Shown: positions 1 through 9,831 of the stretch, in pieces
Numbering within the stretch: the first letter of the stretch is position 1
How the letters are laid out: each line of letters begins with the position of its first letter
NCBI GenBank assembly: GCA_965248435.1
Contig: OZ252100.1
Location: 1,696,001-1,760,000 of the forward strand
DNA: 64,000 nucleotides
Direction of reading: 5' to 3'
Origin: Candidatus Latescibacterota bacterium
GTDB lineage: Bacteria; Latescibacterota; UBA2968; GCA-2709665
The notes under the pieces: model-generated
Told to the model about the DNA's origin: nothing
Seen by the model: the letters and a program-made list of their open reading frames with translations, nothing else
Database searches by the model: none
Position numbers and translations under genes: made by a program

Positions 1-2
1 AG

Positions 3-1385
3 GCCGGAGGTCGACTGCTCCCGCTAGGTGTCGTTAATCCCTGCCAATACGGTCATCCTCCTGAAAAGATCCTTGCCTGGCTGAAGCAAGAATTGAAATG
101 CCCAGCGGTATCGGTACTGAATATTGCGCGAGAGTCCGCTATAGACTGGGAGTCTCCCGCCGTTCGCGCCATAGGGGAAGCTGCAGAGCGACTGAAGATC
201 CCCCTGCAGGCTGGAATCCAATCTGAGCGTGAGCTTGCTGGCGTGGAGCGTTCCTGGGGAAGCCTTAATATTCCGGTCTTGATCCGCTGGATGGCGGGAC
301 ACAGGTACAAGTCGATCGCTTCTGAGTTGGCCGTTGCACACTCGTGCGCGAATTTCCTTTTCGATGTTGGCAATCTGAGTTCAAATGGATCCCTAGAGTT
401 CATGGCCGATCAGATCGGGACGAACCGACTTTTCTGGGCTTCAAACGCCCCACACAATATACCGGACTGCCCGGCTGCCATGCTTAAGGAAGCAGACCTC
501 GCGGCCTCGCAGCGGATGGAGATCGGATGCGGGACGTTGTCGACTGCACTTGGCCTCGATTCGCTCACTCCCTCGCTCGCTTGTCGCGAAGACGTAGCCA
601 GCTGGGAGCGAATCCTGAACACGCCAAAAGTTGACATCCACTGGCACCCAGACCACTGGAACCTGGGCGAGCCGCATCTGGCAGACGAGGACCAGATCGC
701 AACCTTCGATCGATATGCATATCAAAAGGTGATCCTTTTCTCCATCCTCGGACTCACATATGATTTCCAGGCTGGAAACAGGCAAAGCGAAACCTGGTTT
801 GAAAAGGACCCTCGCGTATTCGGGCTCGTTGTCGTCAACCCAAAGCATCCGCGAGAGAGCATACAAGAGATCTATCGGCGTTCAAAGCATCCCCGATTCG
901 TGGGTATCAAGACGATCCAAGACGTCTTCGGCCTGACCCTTGACGACCCGGAATATGGCCCGATTCTGGATGCGGCTGCCGATGTGAACCTCCCTATTCT
1001 GGCCCATCTCCCTGGTTTGGGTCGGTCTGCTCAGCGTTATCCAGAAGTAACATTCGTGGCCGCCCATTCGAACTGGGGCCGAGCGCAGAATCTGATTCCA
1101 TTAAAGAATGTTTGTTTCGATTTTTCGACAGGACACGCGCTACGCCACGAGAGCCAGCTACGGCGTTTTATTGATTCCGTCGGTCCACGCCGTGTACTTT
1201 TCGGTTCCGACGGGCAAGTCGTTGCCCCTCAATGGTCTCTAGCGAAGTTGAAATCTGCGAATCTTCCTCCTGAAGAGGAGTCTTTGATCCTCCGGGAGAA
1301 TGCCTACCGCATCTTTCCGAAACTTCGGGCAATCGGAAGATCCAAATCTGCCTGTCTGCATCCTGGGCTGTTATCCTCTAGCTAG
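3..1385 (+). CDS. Amidohydrolase-family (TIM-barrel metal hydrolase) protein with two tandem domains; 5'-partial
   Basis: Frame is open from base 3 (AGGRLLPLGVVNP...). Second domain has DIHWH, AAH and VLFGSD amidohydrolase motifs; first domain ends in the equivalent RLFWASN. Confidence 0.75.
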   Translation, partial: AGGRLLPLGVVNPCQYGHPPEKILAWLKQELKCPAVSVLNIARESAIDWESPAVRAIGEAAERLKIPLQAGIQSERELAGVERSWGSLNIPVLIRWMAGHRYKSIASELAVAHSCANFLFDVGNLSSNGSLEFMADQIGTNRLFWASNAPHNIPDCPAAMLKEADLAASQRMEIGCGTLSTALGLDSLTPSLACREDVASWERILNTPKVDIHWHPDHWNLGEPHLADEDQIATFDRYAYQKVILFSILGLTYDFQAGNRQSETWFEKDPRVFGLVVVNPKHPRESIQEIYRRSKHPRFVGIKTIQDVFGLTLDDPEYGPILDAAADVNLPILAHLPGLGRSAQRYPEVTFVAAHSNWGRAQNLIPLKNVCFDFSTGHALRHESQLRRFIDSVGPRRVLFGSDGQVVAPQWSLAKLKSANLPPEEESLILRENAYRIFPKLRAIGRSKSACLHPGLLSSS

Positions 1386-1413
1386 TTCTCTTACCTAGTC
1401 CTGGCCTACTATC

Positions 1414-2133
1414 ATGAACCGCATTGGACTCCTGACTACCCGAAGTAACCCGTTAATACCCTATTTTCTAGAAAAGTTTGAGGATTTATCGGACTTCGAG
1501 CCTGTGCTTATTTTCGATAAGAAAGGCTTTTCCGAAAAGGACAGTGAGATCTTTAGAGGCCGTACGCAAGGTAGGTTCCCCGAGCAACCTATCGACCCTT
1601 ATCTCAGAAAGTACCATTGGTGCACGGTCCCGAATCATAACGGAAAGATTTGCAGGACACAGATTAGGGAACTTGAACTAGGTCTCCTCGTGAATGCGGG
1701 TACGCCTCGAATTCTAAAATCTGATCTACTTGAAAATTTGTCCATCGGTGTTCTCAACGTCCACCCTGGAATCCTCCCGAAATACCGCGGAGCCACGTGC
1801 TGTGAGTGGGCAATCTACTACGACGATCCAGTGGGTGTTACCGCCCATTTCATGGATTCTGGAATCGACACCGGTGCGATCATCTTGATCCGTGAATTGC
1901 CAATGACAAGAAAGCAGAATTACTCCGACCTGAGAGCCTCACTATACCATCTTGCTCACGATGTTCGAATAGAAGCAATTCAGAAGATCTTCGCAGAAAA
2001 GCTCACTCCCGAAAGACTCTCTCCCCAGCCTTCGGGTTCATCGTTCAAGCCAATTCCCGACTCCCTGTTAGAGGTCGTGAAAGAAAAGGTGGCTACGGGA
2101 GAATATCAACCGATTCGGGCCGATGTAATATGA
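1414..2133 (+). CDS. Formyltransferase (Fmt-like; probable sugar N-formyltransferase)
   Basis: NVHPGILPKYRG and GVTAHFMDSGIDTG formyl-THF transferase motifs; lacks the Fmt C-terminal domain. Confidence 0.85.
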   Translation: MNRIGLLTTRSNPLIPYFLEKFEDLSDFEPVLIFDKKGFSEKDSEIFRGRTQGRFPEQPIDPYLRKYHWCTVPNHNGKICRTQIRELELGLLVNAGTPRILKSDLLENLSIGVLNVHPGILPKYRGATCCEWAIYYDDPVGVTAHFMDSGIDTGAIILIRELPMTRKQNYSDLRASLYHLAHDVRIEAIQKIFAEKLTPERLSPQPSGSSFKPIPDSLLEVVKEKVATGEYQPIRADVI

Positions 2134-3200
2134 AGATACTTGTTGGGGCCGGTGATGCAGGAGGTGCCCGTGCCGTAGAGCCAGTGATCGAATATCTGCG
2201 GTCCGCACAGAGGGCTCGCGTCGACTGCGGTGCCTATCGGGCCGCCTACAGATTATGGTCTGATGCCGGTCTAAATCCGTTGCAAATGGCCGGATTCGAC
2301 CCGAGAAGCTACGACCGCATCCTCGTTGGCACCTCCGTCTCATCCGAACAATTGGAACTGGAGTTGATCCGAAGGGCTTCCAGATGTGGAGTCCGGACTC
2401 TCAGCGTGCTCGACTTCTGGTCAAATTATCGCGAAAGGTTCACAGATTCGGAAGGGCAGTGCGTATTACCGGACGCTATTGCTGTAATGGATTCACAATC
2501 TCAGAAGGCCATGGTCCGGGAAGGATTTCCCTCCGATCGCCTCCACGTCACGGGTAATCCTGCCTTCGACGATCTGGTCAGGTTCCAAATTTCTGGAGCC
2601 AGGGAATTGTCTAGAAAGAGGATCCGATCGATTGCGGGATGTGCTTCTAACTCCGTTTGTTTGCTCTTTGTCTCACAGCCTTTGTCTGAATTGTACCCAA
2701 AAGGGGAGCTGGGATTCCAAGAAGAGGAAGTCCTGAGGGATGTCGTGAATCAGTTGGATCGAATTTTTTCCGAACGGACGTTGAACGGCGTTTTGCTTTT
2801 AAAGCCTCATCCAAGGGAAGCTGAATACTACTCCTTGCCGCCTTTGAGTCCGACCTCGCACCTTAAGGTTAAGGTGCTGCGGAATCCAGATGTTGGGTCG
2901 CGAGAAGCAACCCTGGGATGCGATCTAGTCGTAGGAATGAATTCGATGGTACTGATGGAAGCCTGCCTGCTCGGTCGACCCGTCGTGAGCTATCAACCCG
3001 GATTGAAAGTGCCAGATCTATTGCCTTCGAACGCTTTGGGCTGGAGCCGGGCGATCTACTGTCGAGATTCCCTGCATGACGCCCTGGTCGCTGAACTCGA
3101 ATCCAGCCAAACGCCCGGCACGCCCAGGCAAACCTTGCCGGGTTCGCCTCCATTAGGTACATCAACCCTTAACGTGGCAAACCTACTTCTCCACAACTGA
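2130..3200 (+). CDS. Putative GT-B-fold surface-glycan protein
   Basis: VTGNPAFD, KPHPRE and DLVVGMNSMVLMEA segments typical of GT-B C-terminal domains; ATGA overlap with upstream gene. Confidence 0.55.
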   Translation: MKILVGAGDAGGARAVEPVIEYLRSAQRARVDCGAYRAAYRLWSDAGLNPLQMAGFDPRSYDRILVGTSVSSEQLELELIRRASRCGVRTLSVLDFWSNYRERFTDSEGQCVLPDAIAVMDSQSQKAMVREGFPSDRLHVTGNPAFDDLVRFQISGARELSRKRIRSIAGCASNSVCLLFVSQPLSELYPKGELGFQEEEVLRDVVNQLDRIFSERTLNGVLLLKPHPREAEYYSLPPLSPTSHLKVKVLRNPDVGSREATLGCDLVVGMNSMVLMEACLLGRPVVSYQPGLKVPDLLPSNALGWSRAIYCRDSLHDALVAELESSQTPGTPRQTLPGSPPLGTSTLNVANLLLHN

Positions 3201-3210
3201 TAGGATCGCT

Positions 3211-4470
3211 ATGAGCGCGAAGCATCTGGCCATTCTGGGCGGCAGCCCGATTCGAACCAAACCGTTCCCAGCCTACAATACGATTGGACCCGAGGAGAAA
3301 CAGGCCGTCAACAGGGTTCTTGACAGTGGCGTTCTCTCAGAATTTCTCGGCACCTGGAGCTCTGGCTTCTACGGCGGTCCCTACGTACGGAAACTTGAGG
3401 AGGAGTGGGCTGCAAGGTTTGGAGTCAAACACGCGATCAGCGTCAACTCCGCAACCTCCGGACTCTACGCGGCAGTGGCAGCCTCAGGTGTGGGCCCCGG
3501 TGACGAAGTCATTGTATCACCATACACAATGTCGTCCTCTGCCGTTGGGGCTCTAATCTACGGGGCGACACCAGTATTTGCCGATATCGACCCCGAGACC
3601 TACTGCATCTCAGCCGACACGATCCGTAAGGTGCTCACTCCGCGAACCAAAGCGGTCATAGTCGTTGACCTGTTTGGCCATCCTGCTGACTATGACGAAA
3701 TCAATCAGATCGCTCGGGAGCAGAACCTGGTGGTCATTGAAGATGCCGCGCAGGCACCGGCAGCGAGCTACAAAGGCCGTTGGGCTGGGTGTCTGGGGCA
3801 TATCGGGGTGTTCAGTCTGAATTACCACAAGACAATACAATGCGGTGAAGGCGGAATCGTCGTTACGAACGACGACAAACTCGCAGACCGCGTTTGCCTG
3901 GTCCGCAACCACGGAGAGACAGTCGTTGAGGACAAAGGTGCAACCGATCTGGCCAATCTGATCGGATACAACTACCGGATGACGGAAATCGAAGCGGCAA
4001 TCTCCGCCGAGCAATTAAAGAAGCTCGATTATCTCACGGAACGCCGGGTTGAAGCGGCACAGTGGCTTTCCGATCGGTGGGGGGACATCCCAGGAATCAC
4101 ACCTGCCTCTGTACGAAAAGACTGTCGCCACGTGTATTACCTCCTCGCACTCCAGTTCGAAGAGGAAGTTGTGGGTGTTCCTAGAGACCGCTTCGTAGAG
4201 GCGGTGTGTGCTGAGGGGGTCCCATTCTCCGTCGGTTACGTCAAACCCCTTTACCTTCAGCCGATCTACCAACAGCGAGCCTTCCACTCTGGACGAGACG
4301 CCGGGTCAGTTTCCTACGACCCGGGGATCTGTCCGACCGCAGAAGCTATGCACTACGACAAGGTGATGTATACCATGATGATCCACGCGAATCTCTCCCG
4401 GTTGGACCTGGAAGATGTCGCGCGGGCCGTTGAAAAGGTCGCACTTGAGTCCAGATCGCTTGCGGCTTAG
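3211..4470 (+). CDS. DegT/DnrJ/EryC1/StrS PLP-dependent sugar aminotransferase
   Basis: VNSATSGL, IEDAAQA, SLNYHKTIQCGEGG, GYNYRM. Confidence 0.95.
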   Translation: MSAKHLAILGGSPIRTKPFPAYNTIGPEEKQAVNRVLDSGVLSEFLGTWSSGFYGGPYVRKLEEEWAARFGVKHAISVNSATSGLYAAVAASGVGPGDEVIVSPYTMSSSAVGALIYGATPVFADIDPETYCISADTIRKVLTPRTKAVIVVDLFGHPADYDEINQIAREQNLVVIEDAAQAPAASYKGRWAGCLGHIGVFSLNYHKTIQCGEGGIVVTNDDKLADRVCLVRNHGETVVEDKGATDLANLIGYNYRMTEIEAAISAEQLKKLDYLTERRVEAAQWLSDRWGDIPGITPASVRKDCRHVYYLLALQFEEEVVGVPRDRFVEAVCAEGVPFSVGYVKPLYLQPIYQQRAFHSGRDAGSVSYDPGICPTAEAMHYDKVMYTMMIHANLSRLDLEDVARAVEKVALESRSLAA

Positions 4471-4490
4471 CGTAAAGGAACGTTCGAGCC

Positions 4491-6371
4491 TTGGCTACGA
4501 ATCTCATCGTCTATAGGTATTTGGGGCCGAAACAGGTCCGCGAGGCTAGGAGGAAGCTAAGACAGAGCTGGCGAGTTTGCTACCTGCAAGCGGATCCCAA
4601 AGTTGCTAGCAAAGAATTCGAAGCGCTTCCAAAACCTCGGGGGATTTGGCCCGGCGCACCCCTGATTAGCCTTGTTGAGTCTCTTTGCCAAGATTTGGTG
4701 AATGGGAGTCGACATCTCCGGTGGGCCGAACGCCAGTATGGTTCAAAGGAAATCGGAATCGCCTTTCGGCGTCGAATCATGGAGGGCCTCCTGAAACTCT
4801 TCCGAGTTCTGGACAGCATCCAGCAGGTTGCTCCGGAGCCTGACACGACGATTCACCTCCGCGCAAACGGGCTCCGGCAGTCGAAGTCTTGGGACCCTCT
4901 GATCCCTCAGTTCCTTGATCTCGTCCGTTCCGGTAGCCTGGGCATCAGCCCCGAAATTCCTCTGCCGCTTTCCGACCTCGTTCACCGGCTATGGGTGGCT
5001 GAAGCTCCCGCTTGGCAGCGACTCCTTGCCGATCTTGCCATCTCGACAACTTTTCTTGTTCGTCGTGTGAGACTCAGAAACATGCCCCGCAAGCATTTTC
5101 ATCTTGCAATAAAGACTTCTCTCCACGACTGGGGCGTATCGGAAGAGTGCTCACAACCCCGATCCCGCGTGGTCGACTTTATCTGCGATGGGGAGTCTTT
5201 TCACCCCAACAACACGATGATCTGGGCGGAGGGAGATGTTCCAACGGCTCGGCTTGCTGCACTTCGAAGCAGGGGATATGAGGTGGCTTCGGCCTCAAAC
5301 ATCTGTTTTGATCCAAGAGTAGCAGTGCAAGCCCTTCCCGTACTGTTTCGATTCCTCCTTTACCGATTGGCCTCCGGATTCAGTCGTTCGTTCGCCTGTC
5401 TGGCATGTCGCGATCTCTACCAAGCCTATCTTCAAACGGTTGCACTTGGTGAATACTTCTCACCGAAATACCTTCTGGTTTACAACGACCTGACAACCGC
5501 TTCTGTAGCAAGAACGCTGGTCCTTCGAAAAACGGGTTGCAGGTCTGTATTTTACGAGCATTCCAGTCATAGCTTGATCCAAGGCGTTGAGCCCGACTTG
5601 TCTTACCTGCTCTACGACGCGGTCGCTACGTGGGGTCCAGCTATGAGTCGGTACTTCCAAAGACCGCCGGGGAACTTCGGTGAAACCTGGGAAGTGGGGT
5701 GCATATGGTCTGAGCATGCCCGAAGGCTTCGCGAGGACGATGATCTTAGGAAGATTCACACAGATGTTGCCTCCAGTCTCAAGGGTCTGTGCGGTCCTTC
5801 CAGAGGTCCAGTCGTAAGCATCTTTGATACAAACCCGAATCCTGTGATATTCCATCGTTCAGACCTGGTCCAGCTTCTCAATGACATCGAATGGTTGGCC
5901 TCTGAGTTCCCTGAGTTGACATTTCTCTACAAACCAAAGCTTGATGCGACGTACTTACACGATAAATTCAGCGTCGACGTAAATGTGAAGCTTAGGGACC
6001 TTCAGGCTGTCTCCAATATTGTGGTCCTCTCAGCCCAGTTCGAAACATCAGCCGCAGTTGCTTTGGCGGATCTTACCATCTCTACATGTTTCACATCCAC
6101 GGCCGTTGAATCCATCGGATGTGGAGTCAAGGCGCTGTATTACGACATCTTCGACAGGAGTGGTCCGGAAAGTGAATGGGGTGCATTCTGGCATAAATTC
6201 CCTGAATTCGTGTGCCGAAATAGAGATCAACTTAAGGCACGAATCCATAAGTTGATGTATGAAATGACGGATAAGGAATATCAGACGTACCTGAATCGTT
6301 ACCTGGATGATGTGGAGGGTTTTTTCGATGGCCGCGCGATCACACGTCTTCGGAAGAAGCTGTCCGCCTAA
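4491..6371 (+). CDS. Large polysaccharide-biosynthesis protein, resembling the 'PFTS motif' family; putative ulosonate transferase
   Basis: 626 aa; YEHSS, YKPK and C-terminal ADLTISTCFTSTAVE; directly precedes neuB. Confidence 0.5.
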   Translation: MATNLIVYRYLGPKQVREARRKLRQSWRVCYLQADPKVASKEFEALPKPRGIWPGAPLISLVESLCQDLVNGSRHLRWAERQYGSKEIGIAFRRRIMEGLLKLFRVLDSIQQVAPEPDTTIHLRANGLRQSKSWDPLIPQFLDLVRSGSLGISPEIPLPLSDLVHRLWVAEAPAWQRLLADLAISTTFLVRRVRLRNMPRKHFHLAIKTSLHDWGVSEECSQPRSRVVDFICDGESFHPNNTMIWAEGDVPTARLAALRSRGYEVASASNICFDPRVAVQALPVLFRFLLYRLASGFSRSFACLACRDLYQAYLQTVALGEYFSPKYLLVYNDLTTASVARTLVLRKTGCRSVFYEHSSHSLIQGVEPDLSYLLYDAVATWGPAMSRYFQRPPGNFGETWEVGCIWSEHARRLREDDDLRKIHTDVASSLKGLCGPSRGPVVSIFDTNPNPVIFHRSDLVQLLNDIEWLASEFPELTFLYKPKLDATYLHDKFSVDVNVKLRDLQAVSNIVVLSAQFETSAAVALADLTISTCFTSTAVESIGCGVKALYYDIFDRSGPESEWGAFWHKFPEFVCRNRDQLKARIHKLMYEMTDKEYQTYLNRYLDDVEGFFDGRAITRLRKKLSA

Positions 6372-6538
6372 ACGGAGCAATCAGATTTAATGACGGTCTG
6401 GGCATGTGCATGGAGAAGTATGCTCTGATTCAGGGAGTCGGCCGATTGCTGCTCAGACAATCGAACGAGTAAACTGATCATCGACATCGCAAGGCTACGC
6501 CCAGGCAACAATTGCGAGTCTGAAGGAAGCATAGAAAC

Positions 6539-7591
6539 ATGAGGGATACAGTCAGAATCGGAATACGGGAGGTTGGTGAACACAACCCGTGCTTCATCAT
6601 AGCCGAAGCAGGTGTGAACCACAATGGTGACCTTCAACTGGCTAGGCATCTTGTAGATGTTGCCGCAGCGGCCGGCGCGGATGCCGTGAAATTTCAAACA
6701 TTCAAGGCGACAGGCGTAGCATCATCTGATGCGCCTAAAGCGGCTTATCAGCACGCAACGACAGATGGCTCTGAATCCCAGCTGCAAATGCTGAGACGTC
6801 TGGAGCTTTCCCTAAATGACCATCGTGAACTCATGAACCACTGCCGCGAGCGCAATATCCTTTTTATGTCCACCCCATTCGACTACGAAAGTGCTGACAT
6901 CTTGTCCGATTTGGACATGCCGGTCACAAAAGTTGGTTCAGGTGAAGTGAACAACCTTCCCTTTCTCTCTCACGTGGCCAAGAAGGGAAAACCTGTCATC
7001 CTTTCTACGGGCATGTCATACCTGGGCGAGGTCGACCGGGCGATACAAACAATTCTTGCGACTGGTAACGATAAAATCATCCTTCTCCATTGTGTTACGA
7101 ATTATCCTGCGGATCCCGCCGATGCGAACTTGAAAGCGATGCAGACAATGGCGTCTGCGTTTCGGTGCCCCGTGGGGTATTCCGACCATACCGAGGGTAT
7201 GGAAATTCCAATAGCCGCCGTTGCCCTCGGTGCATCTGTCATTGAAAAGCACATCACACTAGACAGGAACCTTCCTGGACCCGACCACGCAAGTTCTATG
7301 GAACCTGACGCGTTCGAATCACTCGTGGCCAAGATACGCATTGTTGAAGCCGGGCTCGGTCTTGGAGAAAAGCGACCCGCCACCTCTGAGGCAGAAACGA
7401 GAAAAATCGTGCGCCGCAGCCTTGCAGTTTGTAACGACGTGGAGACGGGGGCGATCCTCCGAGAAGGCGACCTTACAGCGCTGCGCCCTGGGACTGGAAT
7501 TCCCCCGGAGTTCGTTGGACAAGTCGTCGGTCGACGTCTCGCGCGATCTGTCGATGCGGGCTCTCTTTTGACTTGGAATGATCTGATATGA
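6539..7591 (+). CDS. neuB: Nonulosonic acid synthase (NeuB/LegI family) with C-terminal SAF domain
   Basis: IIAEAGVNHNG, ADAVKFQTF, GYSDHT, IEKHITLD, RRSL...RPGTGI. Confidence 0.95.
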   Translation: MRDTVRIGIREVGEHNPCFIIAEAGVNHNGDLQLARHLVDVAAAAGADAVKFQTFKATGVASSDAPKAAYQHATTDGSESQLQMLRRLELSLNDHRELMNHCRERNILFMSTPFDYESADILSDLDMPVTKVGSGEVNNLPFLSHVAKKGKPVILSTGMSYLGEVDRAIQTILATGNDKIILLHCVTNYPADPADANLKAMQTMASAFRCPVGYSDHTEGMEIPIAAVALGASVIEKHITLDRNLPGPDHASSMEPDAFESLVAKIRIVEAGLGLGEKRPATSEAETRKIVRRSLAVCNDVETGAILREGDLTALRPGTGIPPEFVGQVVGRRLARSVDAGSLLTWNDLI

Positions 7592-7735
7592 GAACGATCG
7601 GCATCGTCACCGGTGCACGCTCTGATTATGGGATCTTCCTCCCTCTTTTGAAGGCGATTAAAAGGGATCCAGAGCTAGAGATGTGCTTGATCGTAACCGG
7701 CACACATCTCCTTCCTGAATTCGGGTATTCCGTAA

Positions 7736-8790
7736 CCCGAGTTCAATAAGGAAGTGCAACACTTAGGGTAGCAACTGTCCTATCCTAAGTGTATGGGAAA
7801 CAATTACAAGCATCTTACGATAGACGAACGCGAGCAGATTGCGCTTTGTCGAGCCACTGGTGCAAGCCTTAGAGATATTGCCAAGGCCCTTGACCGGAGC
7901 GCCAGCACGATTTCAAGAGAGTTGAAACGTAATCCGTCCCCGATAGCTGAGAGTTACTCGGGCCTCCAGGCTCACAGAAGGGCTGAGAAACGTAAGCGGG
8001 AGGCCGGCAAGCGGAAACGGCTGAAGAATCCGGTTATCCGGCGATATGTCGAGACCAAACTCAAGCAAGGATGGTCTCCCGAGTTGATCGCTGGGAGGCT
8101 TCCCGAGGAGCGTCCGAGCGCGGGTATCAGCCACGAAGCCATCTACCAGTATATCTACGATCCAAAGGTGCACAAGCAGCGGGATCTGGTTGCTTGCTTA
8201 TCCCGAGCTCACAAAAAACGAAAGCCGCGGTGGCATACCCGAAAACACCGGGAAAGCCACATTCCAGGCCGTATTTCGATCGATCGACGTCCCCGTTACA
8301 TCGAAAAACGGAAACAACCTGGCCACTGGGAATCCGACACCATCATCTCTCGTGAGAGCAAACAGGCCGTTGGCGCTTGTCTTGAGCGATCGTCGAGATA
8401 CCTACACCTGGCTAAGCTGGCAAAGAACGGACCCTCGGAGGTCGCCGAAGCGATTAATCGACGCCTTGGGCGACATCCTCCCCACATGAGGAAGAGCATC
8501 ACATATGACAACGGATCCGAAAACGGCCAACATCAACGGGTCAACGAGGTGCTTGGCACCAAATCCTATTTCTGCAAACCGTTCCACAGCTGGGAGCGAG
8601 GCGCTGTGGAAAACGCTATCGGTCTGGTCCGCAGATACCTCCCCAAGAAGACAGACTTCTCAAAGGTCAGCAAACACGAGTTAAAGAAAATTCAGAACCG
8701 GATCAACAACCGACCAAGAAAATGTCTTAACTTCAAAACACCAGCTGAAGTCTTCAAGTCCAAGTGTTGCACTTAGTCATTGAATCCAGC
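7736..8790 (+). mobile_element. IS30-family insertion sequence, 1055 bp
   Basis: Imperfect ~29-bp terminal inverted repeats (CCCGAGTTCAATAAGGAAGTGCAACACTT vs reverse complement GCTGGATTCAATGACTAAGTGCAACACTT); TAA duplicated at 7733-7735 and 8791-8793. Confidence 0.95.
7793..8776 (+). CDS. IS30-family transposase
   Basis: HTH (STISRELKRN), WSPELI, SHEAIY, GHWESDT, TYDNGSE, WERGAVEN, NNRPRKCLNFKTP. Confidence 0.97.
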   Translation: MGNNYKHLTIDEREQIALCRATGASLRDIAKALDRSASTISRELKRNPSPIAESYSGLQAHRRAEKRKREAGKRKRLKNPVIRRYVETKLKQGWSPELIAGRLPEERPSAGISHEAIYQYIYDPKVHKQRDLVACLSRAHKKRKPRWHTRKHRESHIPGRISIDRRPRYIEKRKQPGHWESDTIISRESKQAVGACLERSSRYLHLAKLAKNGPSEVAEAINRRLGRHPPHMRKSITYDNGSENGQHQRVNEVLGTKSYFCKPFHSWERGAVENAIGLVRRYLPKKTDFSKVSKHELKKIQNRINNRPRKCLNFKTPAEVFKSKCCT

Positions 8791-9831
8791 TAAAGGAAAT
8801 CGAGCGCGACGGATTCGAGATTGCGGAACGGGTCGAGATGTTGCTCGCGTCGGATATGCCTGAGGGTATTGCGAAATCCATGGGATTGGGCACAATCGAA
8901 TTCGCCCAGATATTCAGGCGAATTCGGCCAGACATTCTGCTTCTACTGGGAGACCGCCTGGAGATGCACGCTGCAGCAGTGGCCTCACTCCCTTTCAAAA
9001 TCCCGCTCGCTCACATCCATGGTGGGGAATCCACCGAAGGTGCGATGGATGAAGCCCTTCGGCATTCTCTCACAAAATTCAGCCACCTGCACTTCACCTC
9101 CGCCCAGGAATATCACGATCGCATTGTCCAGATGGGTGAGGAGCCCTGGCGCGTTACTGTCAGCGGCGCTCCGTGTCTGGACAACCTCAATGATCTGTCC
9201 CTGATTTCCAGCGAGAAGCTGCAGGCCAGACACGACATTAGCTTTGAAGAACCTCCTCTCTTGGTGACATATCACCCTGTTACACTTGAGTACGAACAGA
9301 CGGAGTGGCAGGTCTCCGAACTCATGGCCGCTCTTGAGAATGCAGACAGACCGGTGATTTTTACCTACCCTAACGCTGACACCTACGGGCGGCGAATTAT
9401 CAAGGCCATTCATTCCTATGAGACCGCCCATCCTAATGCGAAAGCTGTGAAAAATCTTGGAACGCGCGACTATTTCAGCCTAATGAACATTTCTGCCGCG
9501 ATGGTAGGGAATTCCTCCAGTGGGATTCTGGAGGCCGCCTCCTTCAAACTGCCGGTCGTAAACATTGGTAGTCGTCAGCGTGGGAGAATTCGTAGCCCAA
9601 ACGTCATCGATGTAGACTACACAGAGGACGCCATTTTGAAAGGCATTCGAAGAGCTCTCTCGTCTGAGTTTCGAGCCAAACTGAGAGACCTTCGAAATCC
9701 CTACGGAGATGGCCGATCCACTGAACGAATCCTCGGAGTTTTGAAGACAGCTCAGATGAACGACAGGTTGATGCAGAAGCGGTTCTACAGATTACCGTCA
9801 CCCAAACCCAATCAATCCTGATTCACAGGCT

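Larger units (their letters stand above)
7588..9821 (+). pseudogene. neuC: Hydrolysing NDP-HexNAc 2-epimerase (NeuC/LegG) interrupted by an IS30-family element
   Basis: 5' part 7588-7735 reads MRTIGIVTGARSDYG...VTGTHLLPEFGYSV; the frame resumes at 8794 with KEIERDGF...GDRLEM...HIHGGE...GNSSSG...NPYGDG. Removing the IS plus one TAA copy restores the frame. Confidence 0.95.

Noticed and set aside
6372-6538. Possible seventh promoter cassette (GCCGATTG and TTGC present)
   Set aside because: GG-GC spacing is 8 rather than 10, and there is no sigma28 -35 box or palindrome.
8838-9821. 327-aa ORF as a standalone neuC
   Set aside because: It lacks the N-terminal TGARSDY and TGTHL segments, which lie before the IS; it is the 3' fragment of a disrupted gene.
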